Positions 43,760 to 54,180 of a DNA stretch of 64,000 nt are shown piece after piece. The notes beneath the pieces were generated by a model. The model was not told the DNA's origin and searched no databases. It saw nothing but the letters and a program-made list of their open reading frames with translations. Source of the stretch: Candidatus Poribacteria bacterium (GTDB lineage: Bacteria; Poribacteria; WGA-4E; PCPOR2b); assembly GCA_965218095.1 (NCBI GenBank), contig OZ244587.1:1984001-2048000 (forward strand), given 5' to 3'. Positions within the stretch are counted from its first letter, which is position 1, and each line of letters opens with the position of its first letter. A program made the position numbers and the translations under genes.

Positions 43760-44254
43760 ATGAAACGATTGAACAAAGAAGTTGTCTTTTCCATTGTCTG
43801 GACCATTTTGTGGTTCCTTCACCCTCTATTACTCGTTCAGGGACTCGCTGCTGAACCTGAGCGGATTACCGTAGTAAACCTCAAACGCTTATTAGATGCC
43901 GGAGATGACGTGGTTCTGGTTGATGTTCGCAGTCAGCGCCAATACAATGCCGGACACCTCCCCGGAGCCATCTCGATGCCGTTTCCAGGTCAGATTCAAG
44001 CCAGACATCAAGAACTTCCCCCGGAGGGGCTGATTATTTTATACTGAAGCTGACAGGCGGAAGCCACAAGTGCCCGTGCGGCACGCATGTTAATGGAGGA
44101 ATTTGGTTTTCCCCCGGAGCGACTGAAAATGCTCAGAGGAGGTTTTCCCGCATGGAAGCAGGCGGGCCATCCGATTGAAAGTGCGGCGGCAGTTCACCCG
44201 AAAGGAAAACGCTTCACCCTGTGGGGTCGGATCAAATCTGGAAGTCGAATGTGA
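43760..44254 (+). CDS. exported rhodanese-domain selenoprotein with U-x-U active site
   Basis: Signal peptide; VDVRS..QY.AGHLPGA; IILY-U(44045)-S-U(44051)-QAEATSARAA; L.GGF.AW..AG.P; C-terminal AVHPKGKRFTLWGRIK; SECIS-like hairpin. Confidence 0.85.
44070..44084 (+). promoter_or_regulatory. SECIS upper stem-loop
   Basis: GTGCC-CGTGC-GGCAC; 16-nt spacer after the second UGA, the same geometry as 2871-2885. Confidence 0.7.
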
Positions 44255-44326
44255 CGGAATTTTGGGGATTCCACGATTCATTTCATTTTTGATAGCCGCA
44301 AAAGTGAGAAACTAGAACACCTAATT

Positions 44327-45435
44327 GAGGGGTGTGCATAGTAGTTCATTGGAAAACAGCCGCCATATGAGAGATATTGCGAGCAGGTAACTTCCATATG
44401 GCATTGGCAATCATAGCCACTTGCACTGATAACACCCCGATAGCTAAACAACAGCGTACATTGAAAAACCCCTTGACCGGTAACTGCTTCTGTTGAGGAG
44501 TGGTGCCTATCACTTTAGCAATCAAGTCAAACAACGGTTCAACCGAACTGCGACGTTTGCTTAAACAGAGACGCTGCTTGGGTTGGTTGATAAATCGATG
44601 ATACGCCTTGGCAAACCGTCCCTTTGTCCATCTAAGTGCCGGGGTAATCAAAGCGACTTGTGCCTTCGCCCAACAACGGATACGGTCTGCTTGGGTATAG
44701 GCATCATCGGCAGTGAGTGTCTGCGGTGAAAGTTGTGTCAGAATCTCAGACGCTTTAGCATCTATCGCCCAACTTTCGGAGACCGACGCACGGTGCACAG
44801 TTATCAGTGTTGGGAACGCACCTTGTGTGCAGATAATGTGAAGTCCGTAGCCATAGACCCAGCCATGATAACCACTCTTGCTCCACGTGGCATCGGTGTC
44901 GAGGTTGCGTAGATGTTTAGGTACTTTTCCTGCTTTGCGGTCAGTTTGATGCCAGACGGGTCCTCGTGCCTTAAATAAACTTTTGTCGGCTACCAGATGA
45001 GCCAAGTTGAATTGTTGGGACAAGTCAGTGGCATACTGACCGATAAACAATACAAATGCCTCTATCACTTCATATAATGCCTTATAGCGACGTGCAATCG
45101 TGGTTCGATGAGGGGGCTGTTGCCACCCCAGCATTTGTAACACTTCTGGGTGATTGATTAGCCACCGCCATTGCGTTTTGAAGCCATAGATGCCGTGAAA
45201 CTGCATCAACATGAAGAAAATGATAAACGAGGTGGTTGAATATGTCAATGGTTTTGCGTGTGTGACACCTGGTTTGTCAATACGGTGTTGCATAAACTGC
45301 TCAAAGAGTTGCATAATAAGAGTGACATAATCAGCCAACATTGGTCTTTGTACCATATTGGGGCTCCTTTTGCTATGATAACAATAGGAAACCCTTTTGG
45401 CTTGATTATGTCAACTATATTTATGCACACCCCTC
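44327..45435 (-). mobile_element. IS element copy A2
   Basis: Same TIRs as A1; 8-bp TSD ACCTAATT at 44319-44326 and 45436-45443. Confidence 0.95.
44346..45356 (-). CDS. DDE transposase
   Basis: 336 aa; 3 aa differences seen versus 1208..2218. Confidence 0.9.
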   Translation of the reverse strand: MVQRPMLADYVTLIMQLFEQFMQHRIDKPGVTHAKPLTYSTTSFIIFFMLMQFHGIYGFKTQWRWLINHPEVLQMLGWQQPPHRTTIARRYKALYEVIEAFVLFIGQYATDLSQQFNLAHLVADKSLFKARGPVWHQTDRKAGKVPKHLRNLDTDATWSKSGYHGWVYGYGLHIICTQGAFPTLITVHRASVSESWAIDAKASEILTQLSPQTLTADDAYTQADRIRCWAKAQVALITPALRWTKGRFAKAYHRFINQPKQRLCLSKRRSSVEPLFDLIAKVIGTTPQQKQLPVKGFFNVRCCLAIGVLSVQVAMIANAIWKLPARNISHMAAVFQ

Positions 45436-45589
45436 ACCTAATTGAGGGGTGGTCATAAATACGAAACATGGGGGGAAGGCGTCAATTAACGAAAAGCCAA
45501 ATCCAGTGATTGTGGGGGGCGACCATCTGCCTTTCCAAATTTCTGAGAAAGTTCAACGGTGAATAGGGAGGTGAAAGAGGAAACAACGC

Positions 45590-45930
45590 ATAGAATTTCA
45601 AGTATCCGACAAACATATTGAAGAATACCATATGCTGGGTTACACAATTTTCCGAAAGATTTTGCTGCCGTCATTGATTCGGGATCCGCGGCGAGTCAGC
45701 GACAGGGCTAAAGCAATTGCCCGCGCGAAAGGTGGTCCTCAAGTGCAGTGACTCCAGCCCGTCGCAAACAACGACCTCGATCAGCAGCCGTTCATTGAGT
45801 ACACCAAACTACCGACACTGGTTGATGCAATTGCCAAGGTGCTGACGCCACGTCATCGCTATGGAAATCGAGATGACTTTGGCATCCTTTTTGAGAATGC
45901 GGAGATGCCATATTGTACGCCATGGCACCT
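45590..45930 (+). pseudogene. PhyH-like N-terminal half
   Basis: VSDKHIEEYHMLGYTIFRKIL...GPQVQ*LQPV...YCTPWH, then breaks off. Confidence 0.65.
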
Positions 45931-46224
45931 GGTCCCCGAACGTCACCAATATCCTAGTTTTCATCGAGTGGATTCGTGAAACGGTGGGAGACAAAACTAT
46001 GGTGTTGCCCTTTACCGCCGGCGTCGAGTACGAACTGGAAATGCTGGCAAAGAAAGTGCTGTGGAAGTGGAATTGGTTCAATACGTGGACGGTACCGCCG
46101 TGGCAGGAGGGGTAGGGTAGAAATAAACGATCGCACACGCCGAGTAATTCCCGCAATAGTATTGACTAACTCATGTTATGAAGAGGTAATTGGATGGTTT
46201 GCGAATTGTTTTGGAATTTTTCTC

Positions 46225-46253
46225 TTGACTAATAAGTGATATTTTGATATAGT
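46225..46253 (+). promoter_or_regulatory. sigma70-like promoter
   Basis: TTGACT-17 nt-TATAGT upstream of the aquaporin. Confidence 0.6.
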
Positions 46254-46516
46254 AACCCTTACCATCTGTAGAAAAAATAGGCAAAACTGAGTTTTCACAT
46301 CGAAACGCCATTAGGTTTTGCCAAAAAAGGTCCTCGAGCACAGCGAAGGAGCGAAGTTTTTAGGCGTCGAGGGGACTCGATACAAAAAATTACGTCATCT
46401 CGAAATCTTGAATCGGGGACTTCTACTCGGGGATCAGTTTTTCTAATGATGGGGCGTAACTTAGGTTATTATAGTTAGCCACAAAACCACAATCAACTTA
46501 AACAAGGAAGGTTATT

Positions 46517-47164
46517 ATGAGCTCCAAACCTTTGATTGCCGAATTGATTGGCACCTTCGCGCTAATTTTCATCGGTGCCGGGGCGGCTGCCTTGGGCATC
46601 GGGGGAGTGGTTGGCGTTGCGTTAGCACACGGATTTGTCATCGTGGCTTTTGTCTACGCTTATGGTCATATATCAGGCACGCATATTAACCCGGCGGTGA
46701 CTTTCGGCTTGCTTATCGCTGGTGAAATAAAGATCACTGATGCAATTGGATACTGGATTGCTCAGTTGATTGGAGGCATCCTGGGGGGATTCGCACTGGT
46801 CTTTGTACTCGGGGGTAAAGCCGGTGGCTTGGGTGCAACGGTCTTAGCGGAGGGCATCTCTCCGGGTCAGGGCTTTGTTTTGGAGGCCCTCCTCACCTTT
46901 TTCTTAGTAAATACAATTCTCAATGCGGGTGTGAGCGGAAAGGCGGGTAACTTGGCTGGTGTTGCTATTGGCCTCACTTTAGCCCTGTCCCTCCTTCTAG
47001 CCCAACCGTTAACCGGCGGATCGCTCAACCCAGCGCGCACGTTAGGGCCCGCTATCGCTAGCGGTAACTACGCTGACATTTGGCTCTATTTTGTTGGTCC
47101 GTTATTAGGCGGTGCAATTGCCGCTTTACTCTACATTGGGGTGTTTAAGGAAAAGGAGGGGTAG
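46517..47164 (+). CDS. aquaporin (MIP family)
   Basis: ISGTHINPA and SLNPAR motifs. Confidence 0.95.
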   Translation: MSSKPLIAELIGTFALIFIGAGAAALGIGGVVGVALAHGFVIVAFVYAYGHISGTHINPAVTFGLLIAGEIKITDAIGYWIAQLIGGILGGFALVFVLGGKAGGLGATVLAEGISPGQGFVLEALLTFFLVNTILNAGVSGKAGNLAGVAIGLTLALSLLLAQPLTGGSLNPARTLGPAIASGNYADIWLYFVGPLLGGAIAALLYIGVFKEKEG

Positions 47165-47253
47165 CCGGTTGTAGCGCCTGCTGCTAACTCCACGACACAG
47201 GCGTAAACTGAATTCTAGGTTCATCAACATTCTAACAGGCCAGCTCTGTTCAT

Positions 47254-47296
47254 ACAGGCCAGCTCTGTTCATAGCAGGGTGGGCCTGTTTTTTTTT
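47254..47296 (+). terminator. rho-independent terminator
   Basis: ACAGGCC...GGCCTGT followed by a T-tract; the 5' arm is duplicated (19 bp). Confidence 0.65.
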
Positions 47297-47428
47297 AGGT
47301 AAAGTTACCTGAATCGGAAAAAATTGAAGGAGAGTGCAGAAGCGAAATAACTATTTCGTTGAATCGTATCGGCGCTCTTGTTAGTGTGCGAAACCGTGTG
47401 TAGGCGCAAAATTACTCGCTACGTCTCA

Positions 47429-49366
47429 TCAGATAAAGATCTTATAGGTTTGAATACCGAAGGTCATCCCGATGATTGTCCAGAGGCTGCCAATCACATA
47501 GTCACCGAGTATCAGTCCTAAAAACAGGGGAGTCACCCGCCGGTGCACCCGGAGCCCGCCGTACCGCAGAATCAAATACTTGAGCAGCCAAGTCACGAGG
47601 CAGACAGACCAAAAATAATCCATCGCATAGCTCGTCGCCAGCGCGTATCCAGCAGGGTGGAAGGGCCACCACAGGAAGCGCATCCGCATAAACATGATGA
47701 AGAAACTCACAACCGCGCCGCCTATCATGTAAGAAGTTCCAGCCCAGTCTGAATCCCATGGATTGAGTAACCAGCCTCGCAGCAGTCCAAAAGACCGCCA
47801 GCCCATCCAATATTGCGTCCTCCTCGCCTGAGTGACGACGCCATCCCGAAAAGTCATGTCCAAGTTTGCCCAAAACGCAGCTAAAATTCCCACAACAGCG
47901 GCAATCAGCATAGCGACCAGGAAACCGCGATAGTTCATTCCGGTCACGTTGGCCATTTTGAACGCCTCAATCTGGTTTGGCATCGGGTGACTCCGATAGC
48001 CTCGATTGAACCAGGCGAACAACGCAATAATCGTTAAGCTCGCCGGATCGAACCGCCGCGTCCCACCTACTGTTGTCATGATGAGTTGAGGGCTGACGAA
48101 AAGGATCTCATGGGGCGTGCCGACCTCTACTCGAACACGGGTAATCGCAACGGCAAGTATGAAATAAAGCCCGAAGAAGCACCCCGCGACCCAGACCGCC
48201 ATCCCAGCGGCAGATGCGAACACCCCAAGACAGATTATCGACCCGAGAATACCCAGCGCTGCCCATCGATAAGGCATCGGTTCGTCGGAATCGTCCAGCG
48301 TTGACTCAAGTCCAACAATCTTTTCACCGACTTCCATCAGATGGCGACGCGTCATCCATACCGCCGTGCAGAAAATTGCAATCCACGCGCCATAAGACTG
48401 CTCGTTGAGCTGAGGGAAGTGCCATGCGCCCGTTGCGGCACCAATGACCCGTTCGACCATACGGATAGCGAAGAAGAACCAGCATGAGAGCAAGAGTTCG
48501 ATCGGGAGGAAGAATACCAATCCAATCACGAATGGATACAGATAGACCCGTATCCAGGCTATCACTGTCCACGGGCGTTCTGAGAAGATGCTGGGCCAGA
48601 TCGGCGTCGCCTTGATGTACGGAATTTCGGGAAAGAGTGGATAGAGAAAGTGGATACCATTAATCAAACCGATAGTTGTGGCAATACCGAACCCTATCCA
48701 CATCATTCGATTCTTCAGGAACTTGGCACCGCTATTTTCAGAGAGCCCAAGCCGCAACTGAATCACCGGATAGGCCAGCTTCTCTTCCTCCGCCCATCGT
48801 TTCCGGACGATTGTGTTGATACAGAACATCATGAACATCAACACGAGAAAGAACAATCCCCAGAATGCGAGTGGTTTTGCCCAGATGTAGAAGTGGTATA
48901 GGGTATAAAAGGTCGACTCCCCTTTGTAGAAATCTCGGAAATTTTTTTTATCGGATACCATCAGCCAATCTGGAAGGTAACGGAAAAACAGATCTTCCCA
49001 CTCATTCTCTATCGTTGCAAACCAGAAAGGGTGACCAATGCTTCCGAACAGATTTTGCATAGAGTCCCACCCGGCTACGGTGGAGGAAACCGCCGTCATC
49101 ATGTATATAATCAGGAGTTCCACCTGCGTCAAAACAACGTTTGGGCCGAGACGCTTCAATACTCGATTGAGCAGGACAAGGGCGAAAAGGGGAAGAGATG
49201 AGCCATCAAGGGAATTGTACTTGACCTCGACGATTGTCAGCCAGTAAACATTGACAGGAATCAACAAGGTCCCGATAAGTAGGGCTCTCCATGTGACTTG
49301 AGTTGGAGAATGTTGACTTTCAGATATCTGCGCCAATTCGACGATCCCCTTTGTAGAAATTTCCAC
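47429..49366 (-). CDS. DUF6785/DUF6784-like polytopic membrane protein (putative transporter)
   Basis: ENEW, W.EEEKL.YP, RF.WWPFHPAG, ILRYGG, P.FLGLILG. Confidence 0.8.
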   Translation of the reverse strand: MEISTKGIVELAQISESQHSPTQVTWRALLIGTLLIPVNVYWLTIVEVKYNSLDGSSLPLFALVLLNRVLKRLGPNVVLTQVELLIIYMMTAVSSTVAGWDSMQNLFGSIGHPFWFATIENEWEDLFFRYLPDWLMVSDKKNFRDFYKGESTFYTLYHFYIWAKPLAFWGLFFLVLMFMMFCINTIVRKRWAEEEKLAYPVIQLRLGLSENSGAKFLKNRMMWIGFGIATTIGLINGIHFLYPLFPEIPYIKATPIWPSIFSERPWTVIAWIRVYLYPFVIGLVFFLPIELLLSCWFFFAIRMVERVIGAATGAWHFPQLNEQSYGAWIAIFCTAVWMTRRHLMEVGEKIVGLESTLDDSDEPMPYRWAALGILGSIICLGVFASAAGMAVWVAGCFFGLYFILAVAITRVRVEVGTPHEILFVSPQLIMTTVGGTRRFDPASLTIIALFAWFNRGYRSHPMPNQIEAFKMANVTGMNYRGFLVAMLIAAVVGILAAFWANLDMTFRDGVVTQARRTQYWMGWRSFGLLRGWLLNPWDSDWAGTSYMIGGAVVSFFIMFMRMRFLWWPFHPAGYALATSYAMDYFWSVCLVTWLLKYLILRYGGLRVHRRVTPLFLGLILGDYVIGSLWTIIGMTFGIQTYKIFI

Positions 49367-49486
49367 AGCGTTGAGGAAGGAAAGGAAGGAAATAGAGGTT
49401 TTCTTCCTTTCCTTCCCTTTCTTCCTGTTTTTAAGCTGATTGAATATCGCATTTTGTTGTGGTTTGAAAGTGTTATATCCCGTTCA

Positions 49487-52128
49487 TCACCACATAATCC
49501 GATATCCAGGTTTTCCCGCCAAAAAATCAACTATCAGCCATAGCCCACCTGTGAGAAATTCACCCAATACCAAGCCGAGGAAGAATGGTCCGCATCGCCG
49601 GTATAGCCCAATCCCAGCGAACCGCAAGACAACCCACTTGCAGAGCCACCCGATTAACACCGAACACCACATCAGAATCATGGGCCAACTTGGGACCATC
49701 ACAAACCCGATTGGATGCAATGCCCACCAGAGAAAGCGGGTGCGCAAGGCTGCCAGCGAAACGGTGACAATCGCACCGATGCCCATCATCAAGATATTAT
49801 ACTGGTTGGGGTCTTGGGGGTCGAGAAGCATTGACATGAAGCGGCGGAAAGCCCGGTGTGGGGCACCGAAGAAGAACCAACCACCAAGATTTGTCCCACC
49901 ATAGCGATAGATGATGTAGAGCACCACGATCGATGACAGCACCATTGAGAGCACGACGCACACCCCAACGGGAATCAAGAAGTACCGTTGACTTAGGCGC
50001 TTATTATCTACCAATTTGAACGCATCCATCACGCTCGGCATCATTGATGAACGCACGTCGAACATAAAGACCATCTCCTGATACGCAAGGATTGTGAGAC
50101 TTGCGGCACCTAGCGGGCGTGTGCCGGTAAACGGCCTGATGAGATCGGTGGGACGGAACGTCGATTGAATGAATAGCATGCCCCCTTCATAGACCAATCG
50201 CGTCATCACAATCATAATGATCAGAAACAGGCAGATTACGGTGAGGCTGACGATAAAGGATACGCCAGCAATCACGCTCCACGCAGTCATGATACCGATG
50301 CCGATCAGCAGACCAAGCCATGCTGCTCGTGGCGACATTGGCTCATTTGTTGTTGCGGTTGGCGATATAGCGGCGGTATCCGATGGGCTCGAGGCTTGCC
50401 CCCCGGCTGGCTGGAACGCGAGGCGGATCATGTCCGTGAGATGACGCCTTGCTCGCCAAAGGATGACGAGGGCGAAGAACAGAAACCCACCAGCCATTTG
50501 ATAAGCCGCAAACTCGTGGGTGACATAGATCCGTTGCCCCAATGGCAAACCGAATTGCGTCATTACGACCGCTTCCGCATGATACAACAGATAGAAGAAC
50601 CAGAGGCTAAAGGCAAGATCTGTTGGCAGTAGGTAGACAAAGCCAATCGCGCTGAAGTAGATAATCGCCGGGAGCGGACGAACGACGTGCCACGGCTTCT
50701 CCGTGAGATACTGCGAGAGACCATGGGACAGCGAGATTCGGGGAAAGATTGGGAAGTGGAAGTGAAGCCCGTTCCAGCTATGAATAAGGGCCGGCAAAGC
50801 GATGCCAATCCATACCGCGCGCGATCGAAAAAATGCCGGAATCACACGGTTTTGGTTTTCTGCGCCAAGCATTTCGATTGGCAACTGGACAAGCGGGAAA
50901 CCGAGTTGTTCACGTTCGATCCATTGGCGGCGGAGCAGGACACATACGCAGGTCATAGCAAGAAATAGCCCAAGTGCAAAAACACTCCATGCCGCTATTG
51001 GTTTTATCCAAAACTCCCAAGGTACCCAGAAGGTTTGGGATGGCGTGCCTTCAAAAAAAAGCCGTGCTGCCTTCGCGTCCATTGGTGCAAACCAGTCCGG
51101 GATATGATGAAAAAAGGTGGTGCTCCACTCATTTTCGGGGGACTGATAGTAGGTGGGCGCGACGATAATTGGAATGAGGTAGGCGGCAAAACCCAGCGAC
51201 GAAATGCCTGCACTTACCAGCGTCATCGCGTAGATAGTGACCAACTCAGCCTAGCTGAGGGGCACCCCGATGCGGTGCAGGAGCGGGTTTACTACTAGGT
51301 TCTGTTGACATTTCAAGGGAGCCATATAAGAGTGGAGACAAAGCTGAGAAATCCAAAATAACGGACAGCTAGTTTCTCAAACCGAGAGAAGATACGACGA
51401 TACCATTTTATCTTGTTGATGAAACATTCAACCCGATGTCTCTCTTTGTATAAGTGTTTGTCATACGTTCTTTGGCCAACACGATGACTTTTTGGCGGTA
51501 TCACCGCAATCGCTCCCTTCGCCTCAATAACGGCGATAAAAGCGTCCGAATCGTACCCCTTGTCTCCAATCACATATTCACTGTTATATCCGATTATCAA
51601 CCCTTCCGCCCCAGTTATGTCATGTCTCTGACCGGGGGTCAGATGAATTCTTAGGGGATTGCCTAGTCCGTCAACTGTGATGTGATTTTTTGTACTGAAA
51701 CCGCCCCGAGACCGACCTAATGCTTGGTTTTCAGTGCCACCCTTTTTTTTAAGGCGCCAGCTTTTTAAGGCGCCCGCCGCACACGGGTGAGCGCGGCAGA
51801 TGGTACTGTCCACAATAAGCGACTCGATATCGGGGTCAGAGGCAAAGTGGTGGTGCATCTGTGTGAAGATACCTTTAAGAAGAAACCGGTATATCTTATT
51901 CCATTGTTCATCAGGTAAGGTTATTGGCGTCATTCTTCTATTATGCCACAACCTTATACTCAAATGTCAACAGAACCTAGTTGGAGAAATACGAAGACCA
52001 TCAGGACACCAACCGGCAGGTTGGCAGGAAGTGAGCCATGTACCTCGAATCCAGAAATCACCGATTGGCGTGACAATGGCAAGAATTATCGTTGCGAAAA
52101 GCCCTATAAATGTGCTACGTGTGGTCAT
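49487..52128 (-). pseudogene. DUF6785-like paralog interrupted by IS copy B2
   Basis: N-terminus MTTRSTFIG.. at 52128; frameshift near 52020; IS at 51298-51977; TAG 51251-51253; body ORF 49487..51244. Confidence 0.8.
51298..51977 (-). mobile_element. IS5 family copy B2 (internal deletion)
   Basis: TIRs GGTTCTGTTGACATTT, TA TSD; ORF 51313..51963. Confidence 0.93.
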
Positions 52129-52420
52129 AATCGGCTTATGGACTTATGCCAGGACAGAAGAAGAAGAAGGGCACTTAATGCGTAAAACGTAACAGTGAAT
52201 CCGTGAATCTGCGAAGCCGAAATCTGTTAATTCAGGCACGACGCATTGGGCGGATCTATGGTATCACACATTCGGAAAAGTGTCGATCAAGAAAGTAGCG
52301 GCCTGGTAGATGTCACCTCTGCTTGATTGCACCGTGTCAATTTGCGTTCAAATTCGTTGCTGAGCCCCGATCTTCGATCGGGGTTTCTCATGGGGAATTT
52401 CCAAGGAATAGGCATTTTTG

Positions 52421-52449
52421 TTGAATTAAGATTCAAGCGTTGGTATAAT
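52421..52449 (+). promoter_or_regulatory. sigma70-like promoter
   Basis: TTGAAT-17 nt-TATAAT with extended -10 TG. Confidence 0.65.
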
Positions 52450-52519
52450 ATCAGACGAAATTACAAGCCCAAATCGGTATCAAGAATATCTAACTTCAAC
52501 CAGGAAAGGTTAATCCGCA

Positions 52520-53215
52520 ATGAACCAGACACTATCACCGCAATTAACCGACGCGTTGCGACAGTTTGATAGCGCAACAGTCGCCAATGCGATTGAACAC
52601 TTTGAGGTGCGCGACCCGACCACGGGCTACGCCAACAATGAATTGATCTGCCAAATGCCTGAAATCGTCGCACCGATGGTCGCCTACGCCATCACGGTGA
52701 CCGCCGATACCACCACGCCCGGCGATACCAGAACGTCGCGCGTCGATGATCTGGTGGAGGCGATTGATGCCGCGCCTAAGCCGTCGGTACTCGTCGTCCA
52801 ACACGTCGGGCACGACCGCAAACGGTGCTGCCTGTTCGGTGACATGTTCTGCACAGTCGCGCAAAAGCTGGGCTGCGTGGGATTTGTCACCGACGCCAAT
52901 GGGCGTGACCGAAGTGCCATCCGTCAACGCACGCCAGATTTTCATGTTTTTTCGACCGGGTGGGTCGTCTCACACGGTTACGGCACGTACCTCGACTTCG
53001 ACGTTACGGTGTCAATCTGTGGCTTGACCATTTCACCAAGCGATCTGCTCCACGGAGATGAAAGCGGTCTGGTCTCCGTCCCAATCGACATCGCCGCGGA
53101 TGTGGTGATGCGGGCAGAGGCGGTTGGCGAGGAGGAGGCGGAATATTTCGACTTCTTGGAAAGCAATCGTTTCAGCATGGAAGAACTGAAGCGCCGCATC
53201 ATCCCTCATGAGTAG
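52520..53215 (+). CDS. RraA/HMG aldolase family protein
   Basis: ATVANAIE, FGD, G.VTD...RD, DLLHGDESG. Confidence 0.88.
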   Translation: MNQTLSPQLTDALRQFDSATVANAIEHFEVRDPTTGYANNELICQMPEIVAPMVAYAITVTADTTTPGDTRTSRVDDLVEAIDAAPKPSVLVVQHVGHDRKRCCLFGDMFCTVAQKLGCVGFVTDANGRDRSAIRQRTPDFHVFSTGWVVSHGYGTYLDFDVTVSICGLTISPSDLLHGDESGLVSVPIDIAADVVMRAEAVGEEEAEYFDFLESNRFSMEELKRRIIPHE

Positions 53216-53228
53216 GTTTCTTATATTA

Positions 53229-54152
53229 ACCCAAGTTGCGACCTATTCATCGAATATGTGAGTGAACTCAGAGCTGATTGATACTGCTAGCCAATACAAA
53301 CAAGACCACTTTCAATTCAAATCCGTGTTGCGTTACTGCATGGATTGAACGTGGAAGCAGTTTGTTAATCAAACTGCCAGCCGTCTCAACAGACTTACGA
53401 TGGTAATTAGCCAAGTAGGTCTCCCATGGTGGATACAGCCGCTTGGAATTCTTCTTGCGTACTGGCTTTAATTCGACTCCGACTGATGTAACAATATCTT
53501 CTATCTCATAATTATTGTATGCTTTGTCACCATAGCCCGGTGGCAAGTCGAAGTCAAACCACTGTAACCCTTCAACGTCCCCTGTACTGGCTGGGGTCAC
53601 AAAAAATTCAACAGGGTGTCGACTCGCAGTCACTAGCAGATGAACTTTCAAGCCATAGAAATACCGACGTTTGGACGCTTGATAGCCTCGATATGCCTTA
53701 TCGGTGTAGATTTTTGACCGACGAATGCGGAACAAACAGCAATTGGTATGGTATCCAGTGCATAGATTTTCTGTTGATTAAGTTGCACATAGCTTCGTCC
53801 CAAGATTTTGAACAATGTGGTGAACATCGGTTTAATTCGATGAAGTCGTCGGTTGAATCGACTTTTTGAAAGCATCTTGGGTATATAGCCATGAGTCTTT
53901 AGAAAGTCACAAGTGGTTTGCAAGTTTGCCCCGAAGAACAACGCAGCGACGATGCCGGTGGTCATCACTTCGGCATCAGACATCTGCGTTTGTGGGTGTG
54001 GTTTTGAGTTGAGTGCTTCTAAGAGCTTGTCACAGAGATAGAAAATGGTTGCAATTTGGATGTCCATGGGTTTCTCCTTTGAGGTATTATGGTTTGGATT
54101 ACCTCTACTTTAACGGAAAACCCATGGATTTTCAATTACTAGCAACTTGGGT
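53229..54152 (-). mobile_element. IS982-family element with frameshifted transposase
   Basis: TIR ACCCAAGTTGC, 7-bp TSD TATATTA; SDAEV.T, SRFNRR, YFYGLKVH, GDKAY, RK.VET split over 53648..54067 and 53268..53735. Confidence 0.92.
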
Positions 54153-54180
54153 TATATTAGGAGTACACTGGAGGTGCTGC

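Noticed and set aside
45748-45752. In-frame TGA in the PhyH relic as selenocysteine
   Set aside because: Best explained as CGA to TGA in a truncated gene.
46283-46470. Riboswitch or MITE in the aquaporin leader
   Set aside because: One IS-end-like sequence (GCGTAACTTAGGT) but no convincing partner IR or TSD, and no recognisable aptamer.
53640-53740. Programmed frameshift in the IS982 transposase
   Set aside because: No slippery site. IS982 transposases are single ORFs and conserved residues are missing at the junction, indicating a deletion.
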